64,000 bases of DNA from the IMG/VR virus record IMGVR_UViG_3300042940_001739; one strand, written 5' to 3'. This stretch comes from a virus (taxonomy: Duplodnaviria; Heunggongvirae; Uroviricota; Caudoviricetes). The notes beneath the pieces were generated by a model. It worked only from the letters and a program-made list of their open reading frames with translations. It was not told the DNA's origin and searched no databases. Position 1 is the first letter of the stretch. The number at the start of each line of letters is the position of its first letter. The translations under genes and the position numbers were made by a program. Shown piece by piece: positions 1 to 8,345 of this stretch.

Positions 1-348
1 GAAGTTGCGTGGGTTGTTAAGTATGGCGATGTATTAAAAGAGACAGTTACTGTTGCAAAACAGCTGATTTCTGAAAAAAAAGACACTAAAAAGCAAGAAG
101 TTGAAATACACATTTCAAAATCTAGAGTTTTACGTCGACTACCAAAGCAATATATTCGTCATCTAGAACGAATTATTGATGCAATGCTTAGAAATACTAA
201 AACGACATTCGAAAAAGAACGTTTAATTGCTGATATTTTAGATAATTTGCAAGTTAACTTCGATTTGTCAGCTAAACACATTCGTCAATCATATGAATTT
301 CATAGATCACAAAAGCGTTTGCAAAAAGAACTAGAAAAAAACAAGTAA
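1..348 (+). CDS. Hypothetical protein, 5'-truncated by window edge
   Basis: Frame 1 open from base 1 (EVAWVVKYGD...ELEKNK) to TAA at 346-348; not in supplied track. Confidence 0.7.
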   Translation, partial: EVAWVVKYGDVLKETVTVAKQLISEKKDTKKQEVEIHISKSRVLRRLPKQYIRHLERIIDAMLRNTKTTFEKERLIADILDNLQVNFDLSAKHIRQSYEFHRSQKRLQKELEKNK

Positions 349-420
349 ATTTCATTTGAATCACGAAATTTTTTTCTTATATTATCAATAAGTTATAGTA
401 TTTATTAAAAACAAATAAAA

Positions 421-591
421 ATGAGTTATTACACAGCAAAAATCCAACTAACGGATGAAGTAGACACGCCGAAAGGAGTGAAAATCAAAAAAGTTACAGA
501 AACTTATCTAGTAGAAGACTTTACCGGATATACATTTGACTTTGAAGTTAAATCAGTAACTGCTAGTAAAATCATCAAAATCTTAGAATAA
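421..591 (+). CDS. DUF4494-like small protein (56 aa, apparently shortened internally)
   Basis: Manual translation MSYYTAKIQLTDEVDTPKGVKIKKVTETYLVEDFTGYTFDFEVKSVTASKIIKILE; KKVTETYLV and FEVKSV motifs resemble Bacteroidota DUF4494; TAATG overlap with next gene. Confidence 0.65.
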   Translation: MSYYTAKIQLTDEVDTPKGVKIKKVTETYLVEDFTGYTFDFEVKSVTASKIIKILE

Positions 592-890
592 TGGCATTCA
601 AGGCAGGAGATGAAGTAATTGTCACAACAGAAGACAAAAATCAATTAGGCGTCGTTTTAGCAAAACGAATTATCAACAAATTATCAGTATATGACATCTT
701 ATTAGAGAGTCGATCAGCATTAGTAATGATAGGAACATCGAATAGTGCTAAAACTTTCATTAATAAAGCATTAACTGCTAAATTGTGTGATACTGAAATG
801 ATTCGTTCTACTATACCATATAAAGAGTTAGTAGCAAATGAACAACTTCCACACTTAGATGCTAATTCTGCAGGTAAAGCTTCTTGGTAA
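591..890 (+). CDS. Hypothetical protein (N-terminal KOW/SH3-like strand pattern)
   Basis: 99-aa ORF coupled to both neighbours; FKAGDEVIV start. Confidence 0.6.
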   Translation: MAFKAGDEVIVTTEDKNQLGVVLAKRIINKLSVYDILLESRSALVMIGTSNSAKTFINKALTAKLCDTEMIRSTIPYKELVANEQLPHLDANSAGKASW

Positions 891-1180
891 TGATTAAACT
901 CGAAACCATACAAAAACAAGTAAAAAAACAATATCCAGGGGCGATGCTATCAGTGTCGCCTTCCGGACATTACTTTATTGAATGGCAAGAACAGAACTTG
1001 AATGATGTTTTTTTACTAGAAGATTGTGATACGATTGAAGAAGCTTGGAATAATGCACTTTTAACCGCACGTACCGAACGTAACATGAATCGTACACATC
1101 CTTTAAAGAAAATGATGTCGGACGAAAGAAAACATCAAAATAAAGAACGTATTGCTAATCGAATTCACAGACAAAGATGA
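890..1180 (+). CDS. Hypothetical protein
   Basis: ORF; likely ATG at 890 (TAATG coupling) rather than TTG at 884. Confidence 0.65.
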   Translation: MIKLETIQKQVKKQYPGAMLSVSPSGHYFIEWQEQNLNDVFLLEDCDTIEEAWNNALLTARTERNMNRTHPLKKMMSDERKHQNKERIANRIHRQR

Positions 1181-1836
1181 AACAAGAAGATATACAAAAC
1201 AAGATAACTAGTATCCTTGATGCCCCAGACGAAACGAAACAGTATTGGGATGGCTTACAACCGACTGATTTAGATTATATGTTATATAGTCCAAAGCCAG
1301 TAGGATATCATGATACAAATGAACAACATTATTTGTTTCAAAACTTATTAGTAGGATATTTGCCTACACAAACAATTTTAGACATCGGATGTGGTAGAGC
1401 GGATATGTGTAACTTCATTAATGATTTTTATGGAGAACATCCTCCATATACTGGAATTGATCATAATCCATTAATGGCAGATTTAGCTAAACAAAAATAT
1501 GGATATGATATCATCACCGGAGCTTTTGAGAAACCACCTGTCAAACTAAATACATATGATTGGGTAGTAGCATCGGGGGTATTCACACAACGAAGATGTG
1601 ATACTGAAGATAAAGATCTTCAAAAATTATTCAATGACATTGAGTTAATGTATGATGCAGCTGGTTCTGTAGTAGCATTTAATTTATTGTCGCCAATTAA
1701 CAACCAACACCACGAAGGATTCTTTTATGTACATCCTGGTTTAGTGATGGATATGTTGATTGAAAAATATCGATATGTAACAATTCGACATAACTACGCA
1801 AATGACGTATATACAGTATTAATTTATAAATTCTAA
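1177..1836 (+). CDS. Class I SAM-dependent methyltransferase
   Basis: ILDIGCGRAD motif I, YTGIDH motif II, YDWVVASGVF motif IV. Confidence 0.85.
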   Translation: MKQEDIQNKITSILDAPDETKQYWDGLQPTDLDYMLYSPKPVGYHDTNEQHYLFQNLLVGYLPTQTILDIGCGRADMCNFINDFYGEHPPYTGIDHNPLMADLAKQKYGYDIITGAFEKPPVKLNTYDWVVASGVFTQRRCDTEDKDLQKLFNDIELMYDAAGSVVAFNLLSPINNQHHEGFFYVHPGLVMDMLIEKYRYVTIRHNYANDVYTVLIYKF

Positions 1837-1841
1837 CAAAA

Positions 1842-2234
1842 ATGACAACAAGTATCAATCAACCATGGGCTATTAGCGACAAAATGAGAAATCGTTACGG
1901 CAATACATGGGCAGACTTAGATTTTACATTCGAATCTAAAATTTCTGCAGAAGTCTTCCGGGAAGATCCAATGAATGTAACAATGGGTTCACTACACGTA
2001 GTAACCACTTCGATTCCTATGCGTTATAAAGATTTAATTTCTTATACGAAATCAATAGGAACATTGTCTACTAATTTATATGCAGAACGTACTGCTAAAA
2101 CTGAGACATTTGAAGTTTCTATTAAAGGGCGTGTATTTATGCTAACTAGAATGGAAATTGGAAAATTATTCGAAACATTGAATGATTCACTTAACTCAGC
2201 TATCAAAGGATATGAGCTAGGTTTATATTTATAA
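1842..2234 (+). CDS. Hypothetical protein
   Basis: 130-aa ORF in operon. Confidence 0.65.
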   Translation: MTTSINQPWAISDKMRNRYGNTWADLDFTFESKISAEVFREDPMNVTMGSLHVVTTSIPMRYKDLISYTKSIGTLSTNLYAERTAKTETFEVSIKGRVFMLTRMEIGKLFETLNDSLNSAIKGYELGLYL

Positions 2235-2252
2235 TAAAATATAGGCACGCTT

Positions 2253-2432
2253 ATGACAACGTATGTGTATTATTATAAATCAGATTCTTCAAGAGAAGTT
2301 ATTGGCCGAGTAAATGCAAATAACTTAGATGAAGCCCAGACTATGGTCATGGAAATTAAAAGACTGCCACTTGACGCAGTTATAAGTTTATTTGAAATAA
2401 AACAGGTGCGTAATGATGAAATCAGTATTTGA
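2253..2432 (+). CDS. Small hypothetical protein (59 aa)
   Basis: Manual translation MTTYVYYYKSDSSREVIGRV...DEISI*; preceded by ATATTTATA at 2225; below track cut-off. Confidence 0.6.
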   Translation: MTTYVYYYKSDSSREVIGRVNANNLDEAQTMVMEIKRLPLDAVISLFEIKQVRNDEISI

Positions 2433-2853
2433 TACAATGCAAGTTAACTATGCAGAATATAGTTACTTCAAAAAACTTCCAAAAGCTGAAAAAATGCAAT
2501 TCTTGTTTGAATTGTATGAAGGGGCTTTGATCCGAGAATCAAAAGGAATTGATTTAGGACGCGTATTTGATATGATTAAAGAATCATTAGTTGAATCTGC
2601 TCAATATGATGAACGTCCTAAACAATTGCCGGCCGGTGCTGATTATGTTGAAGTCATGATAGATGATGAAAATATAATGGTTGAATCTAATAGTATCAGA
2701 TCAGTACGGCAAATTGTATATCGTTTCTTTGAGTCTGGATATATTCTTCGTAGAGATAAAGAAATGGAGAAAATGTTTAAGCGTGATAAAATTACTAGAT
2801 ATCTAAGGGTATTTAATATAATCAATCAGGTATCAGTTATATGCACTAATTAA
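2413..2853 (+). CDS. Hypothetical protein
   Basis: 146-aa ORF. Confidence 0.65.
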   Translation: MMKSVFDTMQVNYAEYSYFKKLPKAEKMQFLFELYEGALIRESKGIDLGRVFDMIKESLVESAQYDERPKQLPAGADYVEVMIDDENIMVESNSIRSVRQIVYRFFESGYILRRDKEMEKMFKRDKITRYLRVFNIINQVSVICTN

Positions 2854-2859
2854 AATCAA

Positions 2860-3444
2860 ATGGCAAAACAAAAAATAACAGATGCCGTTCAGAAAAAATT
2901 TGAGAAGCCGCAGTTCCAATCAGGAGCAGCGGTTTTCTTTTCTTGGATGGGTCAAAAACAATGTGGTTATGTTACTAAATTTAAAAAAGTTGGTTGGGGT
3001 ATTCAATATACGGTTCAATCAGTTGATAAAACGAATTATCCGTGTGGTATGGAGATTCAGAACGAAAAGACGTCGTATAGCGTTGGATACATCCTTTATG
3101 AAACCACAAAGTCAATTGGACAAGACGAACTCACGAGACGCATTGAAACCGAGCGAAATCAACCCAAATCAAGACCAATTAAAACAGTTTCTATTATCAC
3201 CGGAGGGTCAGCAACTAAAATCGCAGCTGATAGTAGAGAAAGCGGATCAGATTCTACAAGTATTATTGTTAAAGATACAAAAGCAAGATCCAAACGATCT
3301 AGCACAAAAGTGGATACTAAATCTAGCGCTGCAAGAAACACTGCAAATAATACAAGAAAACGAAAAGTTGCAGAGCCAACAGAGTTAGATGTTGCAATTC
3401 AAAAGCAACGAGACTTTTTAAATGGATTCGTAAAAAAAGATTAA
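2860..3444 (+). CDS. Hypothetical protein (SH3-like N-terminus, basic disordered C-terminus)
   Basis: 194-aa ORF; beta-rich N-half, K/R/S/T-rich C-half. Confidence 0.65.
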   Translation: MAKQKITDAVQKKFEKPQFQSGAAVFFSWMGQKQCGYVTKFKKVGWGIQYTVQSVDKTNYPCGMEIQNEKTSYSVGYILYETTKSIGQDELTRRIETERNQPKSRPIKTVSIITGGSATKIAADSRESGSDSTSIIVKDTKARSKRSSTKVDTKSSAARNTANNTRKRKVAEPTELDVAIQKQRDFLNGFVKKD

Positions 3445-3528
3445 CTTTTTCTAAGATTCGGTTGGAATTGATTAATTAATTTCTTATTATAATAATATAA
3501 AAGAGTTATTAATTAAAATTAAAGAGTT

Positions 3529-3726
3529 ATGAAAAAGTTAGTAGTTTTATTTGCAGCAGCATTATTTTTTAAATTAGTAGTATTCACAATTTTTACACAA
3601 ACTCCAGCAAAAGGTCAAGGCCCATTGTTTGAAGGATGGTTGTATGATTTGAATATCTTATCAATTGCAATTTTAGCGATTACAATCCCATTATTAGCAA
3701 GAAAAGTTATTCGAAGAATTAAATAA
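3529..3726 (+). CDS. Small two-TM membrane protein
   Basis: Two hydrophobic segments; own TTGG-N19-TATTAT promoter at 3462 and terminator at 3744. Confidence 0.7.
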   Translation: MKKLVVLFAAALFFKLVVFTIFTQTPAKGQGPLFEGWLYDLNILSIAILAITIPLLARKVIRRIK

Positions 3727-3739
3727 TTTAGTTATATAA

Positions 3740-3780
3740 CAGTAAAAAAGCCCCAACTTATTAGGAAGGGGCTTTTTTTT
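3740..3780. terminator. Bidirectional intrinsic terminator
   Basis: A6-GCCCC-13-nt loop-GGGGC-T8 between convergent genes. Confidence 0.85.
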
Positions 3781-3782
3781 AT

Positions 3783-4403
3783 TTAAGCATTATTTTTTTC
3801 TGTTGGTAATTCTTCCTCTAAATTGAATTGTTGCAAGTGACGTTCGATATCTCTATACATACCTTCATAGCCTGTTGCTTTTGCAACCATTGCACCTGGA
3901 GAATCCATTTTAATTCTACTACCTGGAGCATATGCGCCTTTCGCACCAGCTGCATGGGTCATATCTTGTCCTAACATGTTACAAACCGTACTAAAATTAA
4001 AACCATAATTTGCTTTAACTGCAGGAGAATGTGCAACCATATATAAACATGCATAATATAGTTCCGGTGTTTTAATTGAATATACTAAACTTTGTACTGT
4101 TTTATTATCATCAATTCCGCCTGTTGCTTTCATTATGCCACCGATAATTTTAGATGCCATACCTTGTGTTTTTGAATCCGTAGGCACTGGCATTGCTACT
4201 AGGCCTTTACTTGGTGAATCAACATTTACCTTTGCACCTGGTTTTACTGTTGTTTGTTCTGATAATTTTTTACGAATTACATTATATAATCCATGTTGTT
4301 CAATAGTTTCCATAATTGATTTTATAACTAATTCTTTCTGAGCTGCCTCAGACAAATTCTTAGTTCCAAATCGCATCATGTTTTCTGATAAAAGATTCTT
4401 CAT
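3783..4403 (-). CDS. Leader-bearing hypothetical protein (putative internal head protein)
   Basis: MKNLLSENMMRFGTKNLSE leader; ATATTTATA on minus strand at 4430-4438; AAGGA SD-like motif. Confidence 0.7.
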   Translation of the reverse strand: MKNLLSENMMRFGTKNLSEAAQKELVIKSIMETIEQHGLYNVIRKKLSEQTTVKPGAKVNVDSPSKGLVAMPVPTDSKTQGMASKIIGGIMKATGGIDDNKTVQSLVYSIKTPELYYACLYMVAHSPAVKANYGFNFSTVCNMLGQDMTHAAGAKGAYAPGSRIKMDSPGAMVAKATGYEGMYRDIERHLQQFNLEEELPTEKNNA

Positions 4404-4532
4404 ATTTTCCTTGTTTTAAAATTCTTTATTATAAATATAAGCAAAATTAAAATACCATATAGATTGGATTCATGAATTATTCTTCTTATTATATAGTATA
4501 ATTAAATAGTTAATCAGTTAAATTAAAAAGAG

Positions 4533-5075
4533 ATGAAAAAGTTATTATTAGTATTAGCCATTGCAATTAATTCTGTTACATATTCGCAAATAACATTTAC
4601 GATGTTAAATGAAGTTGAAAATGCAGTATTAGACCGTTACGGTATTGAATATACAGGAGCACACGTTAGAAATATGGTTGTTTCCGGCCGTGTTAATAAA
4701 TTAGAATCTAGTATTAAAGATTCATTTATTTCAGCATATGATCGATTTACTAAATGGAATCATGGATACTTTAAATTAATTCCAGACACAATGTATTTTT
4801 CTAATGGATACGATTATATGTCAGATAAAAATGCAGATGAGGTCTTAACAGCAACATTTAATCATACTAGGAAAATTGTAGGAAAATTTAGTTTAGATGT
4901 TAATGATTTTAAAAATAATATTCAGACAATTGAAATCTTAGAATTATATAATACCGGTATTCCAGATTTAATTGATCATGTTATTATGATTAAAGATTTT
5001 TCAGACACTTGGTCGGTATTAACCTTTAATAATATTAACATCGATGTGGAATGTGCACAATGTTTTATCGAATAG
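4533..5075 (+). CDS. Secreted/periplasmic hypothetical protein (moron-like)
   Basis: Sec signal MKKLLLVLAIAINSVTYSQ; own promoter TTGG-N19-TATTAT at 4464; hairpin at 5080. Confidence 0.7.
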   Translation: MKKLLLVLAIAINSVTYSQITFTMLNEVENAVLDRYGIEYTGAHVRNMVVSGRVNKLESSIKDSFISAYDRFTKWNHGYFKLIPDTMYFSNGYDYMSDKNADEVLTATFNHTRKIVGKFSLDVNDFKNNIQTIEILELYNTGIPDLIDHVIMIKDFSDTWSVLTFNNINIDVECAQCFIE

Positions 5076-5103
5076 TAAAATAGGGGCTAATTAAAGCCCC
5101 TAT
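5074..5103 (-). terminator. Intrinsic terminator hairpin
   Basis: ATAGGGGCT-AATTAA-AGCCCCTAT perfect 9-bp stem between convergent genes; TTTTACT tail on minus strand. Confidence 0.75.
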
Positions 5104-5124
5104 CCTACATTATATATTTTTTAT

Positions 5125-5736
5125 TTATACACCAAAGAATGCTTTAGCATTGCCAGTTAGTAATGGCTTAATTGGAGTTGTTGCTGTTTTTAACTGTGCA
5201 ATATATGTATCATATTTTGGTTTTCCTGGCGAAGCATTATATAATGCTTGGATATCTTTAAGTGGCATTTGATTAAATACCTCATTGATCCAAGCTGCTG
5301 CATCAGCTGGCTTTATATTTGGTTCTATAGTTATAGCTGAAGTATCCCACATTAATTGACTGAAGCCGATTGGACCATTTGCTCCAGTACCTTCAAATTG
5401 CCATCTACCACCCATATATAAATCTGGAACTGGTAATACTAAGGTTCCGAATCTAGCTAATTTAAAACCAACTACACTTCCCATATAACGATATGCAGTT
5501 TCGAAGTTAGTTTCTCGATCAGATTTTAAATAATATTGACCTAATATATAACTAGGTTTTTGAACTCGCTTATCCCACGCAGCTTTAAAGAATTTTGTTG
5601 CTGCGGCAACTTGCGGAAGTTTCATTAAATCAACTTCCCCTTCAGTTAATAAAGATTTATTAATGTTTCTAATGTTTGATTCAGATAAATTCTTAGTTCC
5701 AAATCGCATCATATTTTCTGATAAAAGATTCTTCAT
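5125..5736 (-). CDS. Leader-bearing hypothetical protein, paralog A
   Basis: MKNLLSENMMRFGTKNLSE leader; body similar to 5750..6352. Confidence 0.75.
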   Translation of the reverse strand: MKNLLSENMMRFGTKNLSESNIRNINKSLLTEGEVDLMKLPQVAAATKFFKAAWDKRVQKPSYILGQYYLKSDRETNFETAYRYMGSVVGFKLARFGTLVLPVPDLYMGGRWQFEGTGANGPIGFSQLMWDTSAITIEPNIKPADAAAWINEVFNQMPLKDIQALYNASPGKPKYDTYIAQLKTATTPIKPLLTGNAKAFFGV

Positions 5737-5749
5737 ATTTTACTTTTAT

Positions 5750-6352
5750 TTATACTCCGTAGAAAGCTTTAGCATTTCCTGTCAATAATGCTAATACTGG
5801 AGCTTTCGATGCTTTGAATGCTACAATTTGCGCGTTATATTTATTCTTTGTTGCAGCATACATAGCTTGAATATCTTTTAATGGTATTTGATTAAATGCT
5901 GCATTAATTTTGTTCGCCATGCCTGCGGAATCTTTAGGTACAGGACCAAAAGGTTCCGAGTAGAATCTCAATTCCTTCCATGCTAGGTCATACCCTTGCG
6001 GGGTAACTTGGTCCGGGTTAAATTGAAATGATCCGCCTTCGTCTTGCGCGCCATTGGTTAACAATGGTATAGTCATTGTACCGAATCGAACTAGTCCAAA
6101 ACCTAAAACTTTACCGAAATAATTTTTACGAACGTCAGCGTTAAAATCTGTCGGGTTTGTTTTCAAATAATATTGTCCTAATATGTAATTAGGAGCAGGT
6201 ACTTGCTTATCATATGCTGCTTTAAAGAATTGCGTTGCAGCTTTAACTTGAGGCATACCTATTAATTCAATAGCTGCTCCTTGTTCGGTTAATAAATTCT
6301 TAGTTCCGAAGCTACGCATATTTTCTTGTAATATGTTTTTTAATTTAATCAT
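5750..6352 (-). CDS. Leader-bearing hypothetical protein, paralog B
   Basis: MIKLKNILQENMRSFGTKNLLTE leader; shares PQV.AAT.FFKAA.DK, YILGQYYLK and LLTGNAKAF.GV with paralog A. Confidence 0.75.
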   Translation of the reverse strand: MIKLKNILQENMRSFGTKNLLTEQGAAIELIGMPQVKAATQFFKAAYDKQVPAPNYILGQYYLKTNPTDFNADVRKNYFGKVLGFGLVRFGTMTIPLLTNGAQDEGGSFQFNPDQVTPQGYDLAWKELRFYSEPFGPVPKDSAGMANKINAAFNQIPLKDIQAMYAATKNKYNAQIVAFKASKAPVLALLTGNAKAFYGV

Positions 6353-6406
6353 AATTTCCTTTTGAATGTTTTTTCTATTTTAAATATAAATATTACATTA
6401 TATAAC

Positions 6407-7141
6407 TTAGTGATGTAATGTCCATATAAGTTTATGCCAACGATATGCACTTTTTTGTTGCATTAATTTGTCATTGAATCCTAAATTAGGATTTTTAGGT
6501 TTCCATCCAGTAGCAGCAGTCCAATCATCTATATTGGGAAATATAGATTTATTTTTAAATGGTACTACTAATTTGCCGGCATTGTATTGATCTAAATATA
6601 CTTGATATGCACGTTTAGCCTTAGCAAGACCTTCAGCTCCATATACCTTAGTAAGAGCTGCTTCCATTACATCTTTAGTAACTGCAGGTCCGACTATTTT
6701 ACTATATGTAGCCTTCAATATTGATGATCCTGCCTTCGCTCCTGCAGGTGCAATTGTTTTAAATTTTTTCAGCCAATCCTGTCTAGCAGATTCAGGAATA
6801 ATACCATCTAAATCATTAATTGCTTGTTCTGGAGTTATTTTACCTGCTTTAACTTTCTCAAAGACTTCTTTTGTAAATTGTTTGCCTAAATCAACTATAG
6901 CTGCTCCGCCATTTGCATATAAAGCACCCATTTCATTATCTGTTACTCCAGCTGCCTTTAATTTATTACGGTTCCACATATAAGATAACAATGTTTTTCC
7001 ACGTTCCAATACGCCGTATTTTTTTGCTAGTTTTCTGGCAATTACTGCAGCAATGCCTTTTATAGCTAATCCACCTATGGAAATAACTGCTGCATATTCC
7101 AATGGGTTTAATTCATTTAATGATTGTTTTGAGTTACTCAT
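6407..7141 (-). CDS. Hypothetical protein with SLNE leader and Gly/Ala hydrophobic helix
   Basis: 244-aa ORF; AAVISIGGLAIKGIAAVIA segment. Confidence 0.7.
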   Translation of the reverse strand: MSNSKQSLNELNPLEYAAVISIGGLAIKGIAAVIARKLAKKYGVLERGKTLLSYMWNRNKLKAAGVTDNEMGALYANGGAAIVDLGKQFTKEVFEKVKAGKITPEQAINDLDGIIPESARQDWLKKFKTIAPAGAKAGSSILKATYSKIVGPAVTKDVMEAALTKVYGAEGLAKAKRAYQVYLDQYNAGKLVVPFKNKSIFPNIDDWTAATGWKPKNPNLGFNDKLMQQKSAYRWHKLIWTLHH

Positions 7142-8262
7142 TTTTTCATTTCTTGTTTATATAATTGATCCAAATCTTGTAACAATTGTTGTTGTATTTG
7201 TTCTGGCGTTGCTGCTGTTGCTGAATCGTATGTATAATTATATCCTGCTGCAACACCTAATGCGCCTCCTACTGGAGCAGCAATCTTTGCAAAATTAAGT
7301 AATCCTGATTTTACATATGATTTTGCCTTTGATGCAGCAACTTGTTTTGCACTTTTAGCAATTCCTGTTTTTAAGAACACTTCAATTTGTTGTTTGATAA
7401 AGATATTATTTTTAGCTAATTCATTGATAACTTCCATTTCAACAGCTGAAAATTTCACAGCCGTAGTTTTTGCTATACTCAATTTTTTAGCTAATAGTGA
7501 CATTCCTTTTTTGCCTAATTGATTCATTCCAGGTATTTTTTGTACAAGTTTACCAATACCTGGCATCACTGAAAATAAAGCAACAAGTCCAGCTGTTTTA
7601 GGATCGCCCTCTTTTCGATATTCATTTGCATCAATTAATCCAATACCTGCTGACACTGCCCATCCTATAACCGGGAGAAATGCTGTGCCGATTTGTAATA
7701 CTGTTAAAACTGTATGTCCATTATCTTTCCACCAAGCATTCAATTGTTCCCCAGCTGATAATGAACTCCATTTAGACCAAGCTTGTTTATATGGACCATT
7801 CATCAATTTAATAAGAGCTTTTTCTTCTCCTATACTAGTTTCACCAGCTTTCCATTTATCATATATACTCGGATCGTTTTGTGCTACTGTTCTAAAGTCA
7901 TTCCATGGAACTATTTTTTTAATTGTCCAGCCCCATTGGTTTGCAGGTATAAATTGTAATAAATAACTAGCAATCATTAATCTCGGATTGATATCTAAAA
8001 AACTAGTTAGATATTCACCCATCCCACGACCGCCAGTTAATTTTTGTAATTCTTTATTAACTTCAATATATTGTTTGGTATTTTTTATTGCTTGTATTGC
8101 TGGCATTACTTTTTCTTCATCATCTGAAAAAGTGCCTTTTGCATCATATATTTGTTGAGCAATTCGCTGTGCATTAAATGCCCCTTTTATTGCGTTAGGG
8201 TCAGATGGCCCTTGTCGCATTACAGCTCCTTGTTCATTGAATAATGATTTTAATTGTATCAT
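7138..8262 (-). CDS. Leader-bearing protein with pre-toxin-like hydrophobic helices (putative ejected/membrane-active protein)
   Basis: MIQLKSLFNE leader; TVLTVLQIGTAFLPVIGWAVSAGIGLID, AGLVALFSVMPGIG and IAAPVGGALGVAAG helices; ATATTTATT on minus strand at 8266-8274. Confidence 0.65.
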   Translation of the reverse strand: MIQLKSLFNEQGAVMRQGPSDPNAIKGAFNAQRIAQQIYDAKGTFSDDEEKVMPAIQAIKNTKQYIEVNKELQKLTGGRGMGEYLTSFLDINPRLMIASYLLQFIPANQWGWTIKKIVPWNDFRTVAQNDPSIYDKWKAGETSIGEEKALIKLMNGPYKQAWSKWSSLSAGEQLNAWWKDNGHTVLTVLQIGTAFLPVIGWAVSAGIGLIDANEYRKEGDPKTAGLVALFSVMPGIGKLVQKIPGMNQLGKKGMSLLAKKLSIAKTTAVKFSAVEMEVINELAKNNIFIKQQIEVFLKTGIAKSAKQVAASKAKSYVKSGLLNFAKIAAPVGGALGVAAGYNYTYDSATAATPEQIQQQLLQDLDQLYKQEMKK

Positions 8263-8345
8263 ATTAATAAATATTAGTTTAATAAAAAAGCATTTTAATT
8301 TTGTGTTTATGAATTATTTTTCATATAATATAAAAAAATCCATAT

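Noticed and set aside
1177-1836. DNA methyltransferase / restriction-modification role
   Set aside because: No DPPY/NPPY or PC motif; looks like a small-molecule or protein class I methyltransferase
2882-3388. 168-aa overlapping plus-frame ORF
   Set aside because: Nested in 2860..3444, no recognisable motif or start context; the A-rich strand gives few stops
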